DNA from: a bacterium
GTDB taxonomy: Bacteria; Zhuqueibacterota; Zhuqueibacteria; Residuimicrobiales; Krinioviventaceae
DNA: 64,000 nt
Reading direction: 5' to 3'
Assembly: GCA_963693055.1 (NCBI GenBank)
Contig: OY843751.1
Location: 2,656,001-2,720,000 of the forward strand
Positions 49,276-58,841 of this stretch are shown one piece after another; the stretch's first letter is position 1; each line of letters opens with the position of its first letter. The notes under the pieces were generated by a model. It worked only from the letters and a program-made list of their open reading frames with translations, made no database searches and was not told the DNA's origin. The position numbers were made by a program, and so were the translations under genes.

Positions 49276-49992
49276 ATGGAATCCATGCCTGATGAAAGAA
49301 TTTTGCGTTTATTAAAATTTGTTCCTCTTTTTTCTAAACTCAGTGAATCTGAATTAATTCAAATTTCAGATCAGTGTGTAAAAAAAGAGTGTCAAAAAGA
49401 CCAGGTCCTGTTTGTTGAAGAAGAATCCGGTCAAACATTATTTATTATTCTCAAAGGAACTGTAAAAATTACCCGAACAAGTGATGAGGGTAAAGAGGTT
49501 ATTTTAACGATATTAAAATCAGGCGACTTTTTTGGTGAATTATCTTTACTTGATGGTAAAGGTCGCTCAGCTACAGTAATTGCTATGGCTGAAACAGAGT
49601 TGTTGCTGTTACGAAGAAGCGAATTTTTATTAATTATTGAAAAATTTCCACACATAGCTTCTGAATTGCTCAAAGTGCTTGCTGACAGAATTAGAAAATG
49701 TGATGTTCAGATTGAAAACCTGACGCTTCAGGATGCTGTAGGGAGAGTTGGTGCTACATTAATACATGTTGCTGAACAGACCGGTTATAAACGGGGCAAA
49801 AGCATGGTTATTCCCAAATTACCTGTTCAGCAAGACCTGGCAAACATGGCAGGCACAGCGCGGGAAACTATATCAAGAGTTATGGCCCTTTTTGAGCAAG
49901 ACGAACTGTTTGTGAGAGAAGGAGGACATAGAGTTGTTTTCCCGGATTTTGAAAGATTTAAATCCGATTATTGGTCAGCAAGCAAGGATTGA
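49276..49992 (+). CDS. Crp/Fnr family regulator
   Basis: FFGELSLLDGKGRSATV cNMP cassette; HTH LANMAGTARETISR. Confidence 0.94.
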   Translation: MESMPDERILRLLKFVPLFSKLSESELIQISDQCVKKECQKDQVLFVEEESGQTLFIILKGTVKITRTSDEGKEVILTILKSGDFFGELSLLDGKGRSATVIAMAETELLLLRRSEFLLIIEKFPHIASELLKVLADRIRKCDVQIENLTLQDAVGRVGATLIHVAEQTGYKRGKSMVIPKLPVQQDLANMAGTARETISRVMALFEQDELFVREGGHRVVFPDFERFKSDYWSASKD

Positions 49993-50000
49993 TTTTGGTG

Positions 50001-50510
50001 ATGCAGAATTTAGAAATTAAAGCCAAATACAATGATCTGCAACATGCTGAAAAAGTAGCAATACAAATTAATGCAGTCAAGAAATGGACAAGAATACAAA
50101 AAGATATTTATTTTGTAACGCCTAATGGCAAGTTGAAACTTCGCGTTGTTGATAGCGCAGCTTGCGATTTAATTTATTACAACAGACCAGATAATAAAAA
50201 AGCTGAAATTAGTAATTATAAAATATATAAAACGCAAAAACCACATGAACTGCTTGAAATCCTGACTGAATTTTTTTCACTTGATATTACTGTTGAAAAA
50301 ACACGAACATTGTATATTTTTAAAAATGTACGAATACATCTTGATTCTGTTAATCAACTTGGATCTTTTATAGAATTTGAAGCTGTTTTAGATGAAAAAA
50401 ATGATTTGAATGTTTCCTCAGATCATTTGGATTTTTTAAGTGAAAAATTTAACATCAGTGATAATCAATTAGTAAATACTGGTTATTTTGAATTATTGAA
50501 AAACAATTAA
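50001..50510 (+). CDS. CYTH domain protein (class IV adenylate cyclase, CyaB-like)
   Basis: NLEIKA, Q.D.YF, LKLR, VEKTR, IHLD.V..LG.F.EFE. Confidence 0.88.
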   Translation: MQNLEIKAKYNDLQHAEKVAIQINAVKKWTRIQKDIYFVTPNGKLKLRVVDSAACDLIYYNRPDNKKAEISNYKIYKTQKPHELLEILTEFFSLDITVEKTRTLYIFKNVRIHLDSVNQLGSFIEFEAVLDEKNDLNVSSDHLDFLSEKFNISDNQLVNTGYFELLKNN

Positions 50511-50525
50511 TATTTTGGAGCGAGT

Positions 50526-51473
50526 GTGTACGGAAATTTAAAGGTGTTTTCTGGTAATAGTAACCCTCAATTAGCAAAAGATATTTGTGAAAATATTGGA
50601 ATTGAACCTGGTAAAATTAGAATTCATAAATTCAGTAATGAGAACATTAAAGTCAAAATTGAAGAAAATGTTAGAAATGATGACGTATATGTACTTCAAA
50701 GTGCATCAAAACCCTTAAACGAACACTTTATGGAATTGTTGATCATTCTTGATGCATTAAAATATGCTTCCGCCAGAAGAATAACTGTTGTGACTCCGTA
50801 CTATTTTTATGCACGTTCTGACAAAAAAGATGAACCCAGAATTTCAATTACTGCAAGATTGGTTGCTGAATTACTCAAAGCTGCCGGTGCCGATAGAATT
50901 ATTACCATGGAATTGCATGCACCTCAGATTATGGGTTTTTCACGTATACCTATGGATCAGCTTTTACCAACACAAATATTACTCAATCATTACCATCAAA
51001 AAGACCTTTCTAATGCTGTGATTGCAGCTACTGACGTAGGAGGCGCTAAGGCTGCCAGAAAATTTGCCAGACAACTTGGTCTGCCTATGGTAGTGATGGA
51101 TAAAGAACGAATTGGAGATAAAGAAAAAGTTATTATTAATAATATTATTGGTGATGCTAAAAACAAGGATGTTTTAATTATTGATGATGAAATTCTGTCC
51201 GGTGGTTCAGTGCTTGAAGCTGTAAAATTTCTTAAGGAGCATGGTGCAAATCGTATTTGGGCTGGCTGTACGCATGGGTTTATGACATCAAAAGTTTTAG
51301 ATAAATTTCAAGCATCAGAGGTTGAAGAGCTGGTAACAACCAATACTGTACCTCAACTTCTTTCTGAAAAACATACAAAAGTTAAAGTATTGTCTGTTGC
51401 GGAATTGTTTGCAAAGGCTATCACTGCTATTCATATTGGAGATTCCGTCGGTGCTTTGTTCAGTGACTCGTGA
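50526..51473 (+). CDS. prs: Ribose-phosphate pyrophosphokinase (divergent)
   Basis: FSG.SN..LA, SARRITVV.PY..YARSDKK, LHAPQI.GF, IIDDEILSGGS. Confidence 0.92.
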   Translation: MYGNLKVFSGNSNPQLAKDICENIGIEPGKIRIHKFSNENIKVKIEENVRNDDVYVLQSASKPLNEHFMELLIILDALKYASARRITVVTPYYFYARSDKKDEPRISITARLVAELLKAAGADRIITMELHAPQIMGFSRIPMDQLLPTQILLNHYHQKDLSNAVIAATDVGGAKAARKFARQLGLPMVVMDKERIGDKEKVIINNIIGDAKNKDVLIIDDEILSGGSVLEAVKFLKEHGANRIWAGCTHGFMTSKVLDKFQASEVEELVTTNTVPQLLSEKHTKVKVLSVAELFAKAITAIHIGDSVGALFSDS

Positions 51474-51481
51474 GAATGTGA

Positions 51482-52111
51482 ATGAATAATAACTTTGAAA
51501 TTATATTTTTTGACCTGGGAAACGTACTTGTTAATGTAAATATTGAAATGTTTTTTGCAAACCTTGCAATAATGACTGGTAGTTGCATGATGGATGTGTA
51601 TGCAGTAGCAGATTCACATGCCGACACTATTGAGCAGTTTAACAAGGGTTTAATCTCTGCTAACCAATTTTATAATACGGTTACTTCTAGTTATAATAAT
51701 ATTACTTTTGAACAATTTTCTGATGCATATACAGATATATTTACATTAAATGCGCCTATTGTTCCTGTGGTTAATCTATTGCAAAAGTCTGAAAAATTGT
51801 CTATTATTAGTAATACAGATATATTGCATTTTGAATACATCAAAAAGAAATTTAATTTTATCAATAATTTTGAAAATCCAATTACTTCGTACGAGGTTCA
51901 TTCTTTAAAGCCAGAGCCAGAAATATATTTAAATGCAATGAACCAATTTAAAATGCAACCAAAGCATTGTATTTTTATTGACGACAAGAAAGAGAATATT
52001 ACCGCTGCCAATGATCTGGGTATGACAGGTATACATTTTACCGGTGTAAACAGACTTGTTGACTCGTTAATTGATTTAGGATTCACAAACTTGAAAACCC
52101 TGGAGGTTTAA
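51482..52111 (+). CDS. HAD-family phosphatase
   Basis: FFDLGNVL, ISNT, KPEPEIY, FIDDK.EN. Confidence 0.9.
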   Translation: MNNNFEIIFFDLGNVLVNVNIEMFFANLAIMTGSCMMDVYAVADSHADTIEQFNKGLISANQFYNTVTSSYNNITFEQFSDAYTDIFTLNAPIVPVVNLLQKSEKLSIISNTDILHFEYIKKKFNFINNFENPITSYEVHSLKPEPEIYLNAMNQFKMQPKHCIFIDDKKENITAANDLGMTGIHFTGVNRLVDSLIDLGFTNLKTLEV

Positions 52112-53338
52112 ATGTCAGTTTTGGCAATAAATGGTGGAACGCCTGTAAGAACAGATTCATTTCCTGTTTGGCCGGTTTGGGGTGAAGAAGAGATTAATAA
52201 TGTTACCAATGTTATAAAAAGCGGGAAATGGGGTTGTTTGAATGGAACAATTACATCCGAATTTGAAAAAAAATATGCATCCTATATGAATGCAAAACAT
52301 GGTATTTGTGTGAACAGTGGTACAACTGCTTTGCAAATAGCACTCAAAGCTGCTGATGTAGATGCCGGATCAGAAGTATTGGTACCAGCTTATACGTTTA
52401 TAGCAACCGCAACAGCGGTAGTAGAGATGGGATGTATTCCCATTTTTGTTGATATTGATCCACAAACTTACAACATGGATGCTGATAAAGCTGAACAAGC
52501 CATAACAGACAAAACCGCAGCCATTATGCCTGTACATTTTGCAGGCTGTCCTGCTGATATGGATAAAATTTTGGCACTCGCCAAAAAACATAACCTAAAA
52601 GTTGTTGAAGATGCAGCCCAGGCATGGGGATCTGAATGGAAAGGTCAACGTGTTGGCGCATTAGGAGACGCGGGTTGTTTTAGCTTTCAATCATCAAAAA
52701 ATATCAATTCTGGTGAAGGTGGTATTATTATAACCAACGATGATGAAGTAGCCAAAATGTCAAGATCACATATCAACTGTGGTAGAAGTGAAGATGGCCT
52801 TTGGTATGAGCATTTTTATTTCGGTGGTAATTACCGTATTACAGACCTCCAATCTGCAGTATTGATGGCCCAACTCGAGCGATACGATGAGCTAATGGCA
52901 ATTCGTAAAGAAAATTTTCAATATCTTTCAGATGCATTAAAAGATATTGAGGGTATTGAGCCTTTAACAATTGACGAACGTGTTACATCAAATTCTTGCC
53001 ATTTGTTTATTTTTAAATATAAAAAAGAGCATTTTAATAATGCATCCAAATCATCTTTTATTGATGCTTTGCGTAAAGAAGGAATCTATACAAGTCCTGG
53101 TTATTCATTACCTTTGTATAAACAACCTGTTTTTATTAATAAGGCTTTTGGACCCAGAGGAAAATCAATTGATTTACCAGTTGATTACAACTCTTTTTCA
53201 TGTCCTGAAACAGAAAAAGCATGTTATGAAGAAGCTATTTGGTTCACACAAAATATGTTTTTAGGCGATCAGAATGATATGGATGATATTGTAGAGGCAA
53301 TATCAAAAATTGCTGAGAATAAATCTGAACTGAATTAA
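52112..53338 (+). CDS. DegT/DnrJ/EryC1/StrS PLP aminotransferase
   Basis: NSGTTAL, YTFIATA, EDAAQA, FSFQSSKN..SGEGG, GNYR. Confidence 0.93.
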   Translation: MSVLAINGGTPVRTDSFPVWPVWGEEEINNVTNVIKSGKWGCLNGTITSEFEKKYASYMNAKHGICVNSGTTALQIALKAADVDAGSEVLVPAYTFIATATAVVEMGCIPIFVDIDPQTYNMDADKAEQAITDKTAAIMPVHFAGCPADMDKILALAKKHNLKVVEDAAQAWGSEWKGQRVGALGDAGCFSFQSSKNINSGEGGIIITNDDEVAKMSRSHINCGRSEDGLWYEHFYFGGNYRITDLQSAVLMAQLERYDELMAIRKENFQYLSDALKDIEGIEPLTIDERVTSNSCHLFIFKYKKEHFNNASKSSFIDALRKEGIYTSPGYSLPLYKQPVFINKAFGPRGKSIDLPVDYNSFSCPETEKACYEEAIWFTQNMFLGDQNDMDDIVEAISKIAENKSELN

Positions 53339-53348
53339 GGGGGTATTT

Positions 53349-53657
53349 TTGTTATCGGTTTGCAGGATGTGTGGCCAGCGATCTTTGCGGCCAAAGGACC
53401 TGTTGAGAAATCCGTTTAATGTTACATTCATCTGTCATTATTGTGGTGCAGAATATAAAGTATCAAAAAATTTTTTTCACTATATACTTGTAATTTTAAT
53501 ATGGATTCTAACATTTGTTGCTTTTATTGTATTAACAATTTTCAATTTTGATGGAATATTTAAGCTGGTTTTGAGTTTTATAATATTAATAATTTCATTT
53601 ACCATTTCTGTGATGATTGGGAATTTGGATAAAATTAGTCGTTTAAGAAAAAAGTAG
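53349..53657 (+). CDS. Small Zn-ribbon membrane protein (CxxC...CxxC, 2 TM)
   Basis: CRMCG...CHYCG then two hydrophobic helices; AAGGGGG RBS before TTG. Confidence 0.6.
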   Translation: MLSVCRMCGQRSLRPKDLLRNPFNVTFICHYCGAEYKVSKNFFHYILVILIWILTFVAFIVLTIFNFDGIFKLVLSFIILIISFTISVMIGNLDKISRLRKK

Positions 53658-53661
53658 AATT

Positions 53662-54027
53662 ATGTTCAAGCTTACCGTTCATTCTTCGTTTTCTGCAGCT
53701 CATCGTCTTGTTGATTATTCAGGCGCTTGTCAGAGAATCCATGGTCATAATTGGAAAGTCAGGGCAACAATAGCTTCTGATCAATTAGATGACCTGGGAA
53801 TGGTGATGGATTTATATGAACTTGAAACCATATTAAACTCAACTTTGAAGAAATTTGATCATTATATTATTAATGATATTGAACCATTTACGGAGATTAA
53901 TCCAACTTCTGAAAATTTGGCTAAATTTATATATTATGATATAAAAAAACAATTATCAGCACCTATAAAAATGGTACAGGTTGAACTTTTAGAAACCGAT
54001 GATTTCTCTGTAACATTTGCTGAATAA
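53662..54027 (+). CDS. queD: 6-carboxy-5,6,7,8-tetrahydropterin synthase
   Basis: FSAAHRL, C..IHGHNW, DH, PTSENLA, ET. Confidence 0.93.
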   Translation: MFKLTVHSSFSAAHRLVDYSGACQRIHGHNWKVRATIASDQLDDLGMVMDLYELETILNSTLKKFDHYIINDIEPFTEINPTSENLAKFIYYDIKKQLSAPIKMVQVELLETDDFSVTFAE

Positions 54028-54048
54028 CTAAAAAAGATTAAATATTTC

Positions 54049-54076
54049 TTGACTATTGTTGTTTAAATGATATATT
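54049..54076 (+). promoter_or_regulatory. Sigma-70-type promoter of aro operon
   Basis: TTGACT-N16-TATATT with TG extension. Confidence 0.55.
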
Positions 54077-54121
54077 TAAATACTCTATAGCGGAAGAATA
54101 TAAATTGAGAAAAACCTGAAT

Positions 54122-54190
54122 ATGCAATTTTATTTTGAAAATTATTATTATTTTTTTATCGCCTTTGTAGCGGGAGGGATTAGCGTGTAA
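54122..54190 (+). CDS. Phe/Tyr-rich attenuator leader peptide MQFYFENYYYFFIAFVAGGISV
   Basis: 5 Phe + 4 Tyr in first 15 codons; lies between promoter and attenuator hairpins. Confidence 0.85.
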   Translation: MQFYFENYYYFFIAFVAGGISV

Positions 54191-54251
54191 ATGGATTTTT
54201 TTTTCTAGCTAACCCCACCCACTGCTTTCACAAAGTAGTGGGTTTTTTTTT
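54167..54251 (+). terminator. Attenuator: terminator with overlapping antiterminator
   Basis: Terminator 54217-54228/54232-54243 plus T-run; antiterminator 54167-54184 pairs with 54208-54225. Confidence 0.85.
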
Positions 54252-54268
54252 ATGTATAAGGATATGAA

Positions 54269-54526
54269 ATGGAATTGTCAGAACTTCGAAAAGAAATTGA
54301 TTTAATTGATGAAGAAATTTTGAATTTGCTTTCTAAACGTGCCAATGTTGCTATTGATATTGGTGATTTTAAAAGTAAAAACAATCTTGAAATTTTTAAT
54401 AAAGACCGGGAAGATAAAATTTTTGAAAATTTGATTAATAAAAATAATGGTCCGCTAAGTGATAACGCTGTTCGGGCTATATTTGAACAAATCATTGTAA
54501 TCTGCAGAGATTTACAAAAGCTCTGA
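54269..54526 (+). CDS. Monofunctional chorismate mutase (AroQ class)
   Basis: LSELRKEID.ID.EIL.LLSKR, IG..K, RE. Confidence 0.93.
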   Translation: MELSELRKEIDLIDEEILNLLSKRANVAIDIGDFKSKNNLEIFNKDREDKIFENLINKNNGPLSDNAVRAIFEQIIVICRDLQKL

Positions 54527-54552
54527 TAATTATTTATTGAAAGGACAGTATT

Positions 54553-55569
54553 TTGGTAATTGTCATGAAAGATAGTGCGTCAGATGAAATGATTGCAATT
54601 GTATCTGACAAACTTGTTGAGCTTGGTTTTGACGTTCACAAAGTTGTGGGTGTTAACAAGACCATAATAGGTGCAATAGGTGATAAACGCGGTATAGATA
54701 TAAGACAATTTGAAATAATGGAAGGCGTTCAGGAAGTTGTTCGCATTACTGAACCTTATAAACTTGCAGGACGTACATTTCATCAGGAAAATTCAGTTGT
54801 TAAAGTTAAGGAAACATCTTTTGGTGGTGACGAAATACATGTAATTGCTGGTCCTTGCTCTATTGAAAGTGAAGATCAATTATTTACAATTGCTGAATTG
54901 GTTAAAAAAGCCGGGGCCACAGTACTTCGTGGTGGTGCTTTTAAACCACGTACATCTCCTTATAGCTTTCAGGGAATGGGAAAAGAAGGTTTACAATTGC
55001 TACAAAAAGCCGGAAAAGAATATAATTTACCCACTGTCTCTGAGATTATGCGTGAAAATCAGGTTGATTTAATGTGTGAATATGTCGACATTCTTCAAGT
55101 GGGCGCTCGGAATATGCAAAATTTTTCACTTTTAAAAGAACTTGGAAAAACTAAAACACCAATATTACTAAAGCGTGGTCTTGCTGCAACAATTGAAGAA
55201 TTTTTGATGGCAGCAGAATATATTATGGCTGGTGGAAATTATAATGTAATCTTGTGTGAACGTGGTATTCGTACTTTTGAAAATTATACCCGAAATACAT
55301 TAGATATTTCTGCTATACCTGTCGTCCACAAGTTGAGTCATTTACCTATTATTGCCGATCCCAGTCATGGAACTGGTATTCGTGATAAAGTACCTCCAAT
55401 GGCAAGAGCAGCTATTGCGGCCGGTGCTGATGGCTTGACCATTGAAGTACATCATGAACCTGAAAAAGCCTTCTCTGATGGTGCTCAGTCATTGTATCCT
55501 AAACAATTTGAACGGTTAATGGAAGAGCTTCGAATGATTGCATGGGCTATAGGTCGTAAAATTAAATAG
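54553..55569 (+). CDS. aroF: DAHP synthase type I-beta with N-terminal regulatory domain
   Basis: AGPCSIE, KPRTSPYSFQG, GARNMQN, KRG, CERGIRTFE, DPSH. Confidence 0.97.
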   Translation: MVIVMKDSASDEMIAIVSDKLVELGFDVHKVVGVNKTIIGAIGDKRGIDIRQFEIMEGVQEVVRITEPYKLAGRTFHQENSVVKVKETSFGGDEIHVIAGPCSIESEDQLFTIAELVKKAGATVLRGGAFKPRTSPYSFQGMGKEGLQLLQKAGKEYNLPTVSEIMRENQVDLMCEYVDILQVGARNMQNFSLLKELGKTKTPILLKRGLAATIEEFLMAAEYIMAGGNYNVILCERGIRTFENYTRNTLDISAIPVVHKLSHLPIIADPSHGTGIRDKVPPMARAAIAAGADGLTIEVHHEPEKAFSDGAQSLYPKQFERLMEELRMIAWAIGRKIK

Positions 55570-55578
55570 GATTTAATA

Positions 55579-56688
55579 ATGGATACCAATAATCGTTTTA
55601 AAACAATTGCCATAGTAGGAGTAGGACTTATTGGTGGTTCTCTGGGTATGGCACTGAAACGAAAAGGCTTTAAAGGAACTATCGTTGGCATTGATAATCC
55701 TTATACGCTTGAAGATGCTATAAAGAGAAAAGCAGTCGATAAGGTTTATCCCATTGATCAACTCAAAGAGGGTGTAGCAACAGCTGATCTGGTTTTTCTT
55801 TGTACACCAATAGATGAAATAGTTAACCTGATCAAAATTGTTGGTAATTATGTAAAACCAAATACTTTGATTACGGATGTTGGCAGTATTAAGCGTAGAA
55901 TAGTTGAAACCGCCAATTTGCATATACCACGCGAATGCGATTTTATTGGTGGTCATCCCATGGCTGGTTCTGAATTTAGAAGTATCAAAGCCGCTGATCC
56001 ATTTTTGTTCGAGAACACAATTTATGTTTTAACTCCAACTCGGCCTTTAGATGAATCTACACGTAAAGCTTTTGGAGAGTTGTTGGAATCAATTGGTGCC
56101 AAAGTATTATTGATGCTTCCCAAGCTGCACGATGAAATTGCTGCTGCAGTTAGTCATTTACCACAAATGGCTGCTGTAGCCTTGATGAATATGGTTGCTG
56201 AAAAGCAAAAAGAAAGTCCGCATTTTATGAAAATGGCTGCGGGTGGTTTCAGAGATATGACACGTATTGCATCCAGTCCATATGGTATTTGGGAACATAT
56301 TCGTCAAACAAATTCAGATATGATTATTGAGTATATTGATGCATATATAAAAGAATTGGAAAAAGTCAAAAAGATATTATTAACACCGGAATTGGAAACA
56401 TATTTTGAGAGCTCTGCTAAAAACAGGCTCAATATCCCTAGTGATACAAAGGGCTTTTTACGTCCTCATTTTGATATTTCAGTAGCAGTTGAGGACAAAC
56501 CTGGAATGATTGCTATTATAGCGAATACATTGAATGATGAGAATATTAATATCAAGGATATTGAAGTATTGAAAATCAGAGAAGATGAAGGTGGAACAAT
56601 ACGTTTGGCTTTTACAACAGAAAATGATAGAGAAGCCGCTATTGCGTTGTTAAAAGCCAAGGGACTTGAATGTGGAAAGAGGGATTGA
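55579..56688 (+). CDS. tyrA: Prephenate dehydrogenase with C-terminal ACT domain
   Basis: GVGLIGGS, DVGSIK, GGHPMAGSE, SHLPQ, GFRDMTRIA, EDKPG. Confidence 0.95.
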   Translation: MDTNNRFKTIAIVGVGLIGGSLGMALKRKGFKGTIVGIDNPYTLEDAIKRKAVDKVYPIDQLKEGVATADLVFLCTPIDEIVNLIKIVGNYVKPNTLITDVGSIKRRIVETANLHIPRECDFIGGHPMAGSEFRSIKAADPFLFENTIYVLTPTRPLDESTRKAFGELLESIGAKVLLMLPKLHDEIAAAVSHLPQMAAVALMNMVAEKQKESPHFMKMAAGGFRDMTRIASSPYGIWEHIRQTNSDMIIEYIDAYIKELEKVKKILLTPELETYFESSAKNRLNIPSDTKGFLRPHFDISVAVEDKPGMIAIIANTLNDENINIKDIEVLKIREDEGGTIRLAFTTENDREAAIALLKAKGLECGKRD

Positions 56689-56689
56689 A

Positions 56690-57973
56690 ATGAATGAACG
56701 TTTAATTAAACCTGCTGCCAAATTAAATGGCACTCTATTAATGCCTGGTGATAAATCAATTTCTCACCGCGCTTTGATCCTTTCGTCAATTGCCAACGGT
56801 GATTGTAAAATCACCGGTTTGTCTGATGCTGTTGACATCCAGAATACAGCCAATTGTTTAAAATCTCTTGGTATTTCTATTGAAGAAAAGGATAACAGTG
56901 TAATTGTTCATGGCAAAGGTATGTTGGGAATGTCAGAACCTTCAGTTGTTCTTGACGCAGGAAATTCCGGCACTACTATTCGTCTTTTATCTGGTATATT
57001 GGCAGCGTTACCCTTTACAACAGAAATAACCGGTGATGAATCCTTGCAAAAACGTCCAATGCGACGAATTATAGAGCCTCTTGAATTAATGGGTGCCCAG
57101 ATAGACAGCGCGGACTTTAAAGCACCTTTAAAAATCCGTGGAAATCATTTACGTGCTATTGACTATGCCTCGCCTGTTGCAAGTGCTCAGGTTAAATCCT
57201 GTATTTTATTGGCAGGTTTGTATGCACGTGGACTAACCCGTGTTACTGAAACCTCTGAATCTCGTAATCATACAGAATTGATGTTGCGTGAATTTAATGC
57301 AAATATACATTTTAATCCTGGCATGGCTGGCGTTCGAGGTCCTGCTGAGCTAGAATCAACAGACATTGACGTTCCCGGAGATATATCCGCAGCAGCATTT
57401 TTCCTTGTTGCTGGCTCATTATTAAATGGTTCAGAAATTGTAATGCCCAATATTGGAATCAACACAACCCGTACAGGTATTCTTGATGCCTTGACAACAA
57501 TGGGCGCCATGATTGATAAATCAGATGAAAATTCTATGAACCATGAAGACCGCGCTACTTTGACTGTAAAATCAACCATGTTAATGCCTACTCATTTGGG
57601 CGGTTCATTAATACCCAGAATAATTGATGAAATTCCAATTATTGCTGTTGCAGCAACTCAGGCACCTGGTACAACAATTATCAAAGATGCTGGTGAATTG
57701 CGTGTTAAAGAATCTGACCGCATTAAAACTGTGGTTGACAATCTAAAACGTATGAAAGCTAATATACGTGAGATCAAAGATGGAATGATCATTGATGGTC
57801 CATCAAAACTCAAAGGTGCAGAGATTGACAGCTTTGGAGATCACCGTATTGCTATGGCGTTTGCAATTGCTGGTTTGGTTGCTGAAGGAGAAACATTGAT
57901 CAAAAATACAGATTGTGTTGACACTTCGTTTCCAGGATTTTTTGACAAGCTGGAGTCGTTACGTAATGATTGA
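56690..57973 (+). CDS. aroA: EPSP synthase
   Basis: PGDKSISHR, DAGNSGTT, SAQVKS, ELRVKESDR, DHRIAM. Confidence 0.98.
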   Translation: MNERLIKPAAKLNGTLLMPGDKSISHRALILSSIANGDCKITGLSDAVDIQNTANCLKSLGISIEEKDNSVIVHGKGMLGMSEPSVVLDAGNSGTTIRLLSGILAALPFTTEITGDESLQKRPMRRIIEPLELMGAQIDSADFKAPLKIRGNHLRAIDYASPVASAQVKSCILLAGLYARGLTRVTETSESRNHTELMLREFNANIHFNPGMAGVRGPAELESTDIDVPGDISAAAFFLVAGSLLNGSEIVMPNIGINTTRTGILDALTTMGAMIDKSDENSMNHEDRATLTVKSTMLMPTHLGGSLIPRIIDEIPIIAVAATQAPGTTIIKDAGELRVKESDRIKTVVDNLKRMKANIREIKDGMIIDGPSKLKGAEIDSFGDHRIAMAFAIAGLVAEGETLIKNTDCVDTSFPGFFDKLESLRND

Positions 57974-58841
57974 TGCCATGACCCGAGTTTTAGCTGTAAT
58001 TGGCGATCCCATTGAACACAGTTTGTCACCGCTTATGCAGAATTGGTTTATCCGGAAAACCGGAATAAATGCTGTTTATACTGCATTTCATGTTAATCCA
58101 AAAGATGTTAAAGATTGTGTAGCCGGTATGCGTGCAATGAATATTGCTGGGTTGAATGTAACAGCACCACACAAACAACTCGTTGTCGAACATGCTGACT
58201 CTGTGTCTAATGAAGTAGAATTATTGGGTGCTTCTAATACACTTGTAAATACTGATGGAAAAATTTCTGCATATGTAACGGACCCTTTTGGTTTTATTGA
58301 ATCTCTTGGTTCTGAAAAAAATCGTTTCAAGAATGCATCGGTTGTTTTGTTTGGTGCTGGTGGTGCTGCAATGTCTATTGTGTATGCATTATCTAAATTA
58401 AAGGTAAAAAAGGTCTTTATAACAGATCTGTATCCTGAAAAAGCTTCTGATTTGCAAAAAATGGCTACCCATGATCTCAATATGACAGATGTAACCATTA
58501 TCGATCCTGCCAATAAAGATAAATCCGATATCATTCGGGATGCTGATGTTTTAATTAATGCTACTGCTGTTGGTATGCATCCACTGGTTGGTAAATCTGT
58601 AATTGATGATTTTACTCCTATTGCTCCTAAGCATTTTATTTACGATCTTGTATATAATCCCGGTGTTACACATTTTATGCATAATGCACAAAAACAGGGT
58701 GCAAGCGTACAAAACGGACTCGAGATGTTGATTTTTCAAGGTCTTGAATCTTTTCGGTTATTTACCGGAGAACCTGTTCAGCTCAATGAAAAAGAGCTGA
58801 GTGAATTAAAATCTATTATGAATAAGGCTTTAGGTTTATGA
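57966..58841 (+). CDS. aroE: Shikimate dehydrogenase
   Basis: HSLSP, NVT.PHK, TD..GF, GAGGAA, NAT.VGM, DLVYNP. Confidence 0.96.
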   Translation: MIDAMTRVLAVIGDPIEHSLSPLMQNWFIRKTGINAVYTAFHVNPKDVKDCVAGMRAMNIAGLNVTAPHKQLVVEHADSVSNEVELLGASNTLVNTDGKISAYVTDPFGFIESLGSEKNRFKNASVVLFGAGGAAMSIVYALSKLKVKKVFITDLYPEKASDLQKMATHDLNMTDVTIIDPANKDKSDIIRDADVLINATAVGMHPLVGKSVIDDFTPIAPKHFIYDLVYNPGVTHFMHNAQKQGASVQNGLEMLIFQGLESFRLFTGEPVQLNEKELSELKSIMNKALGL

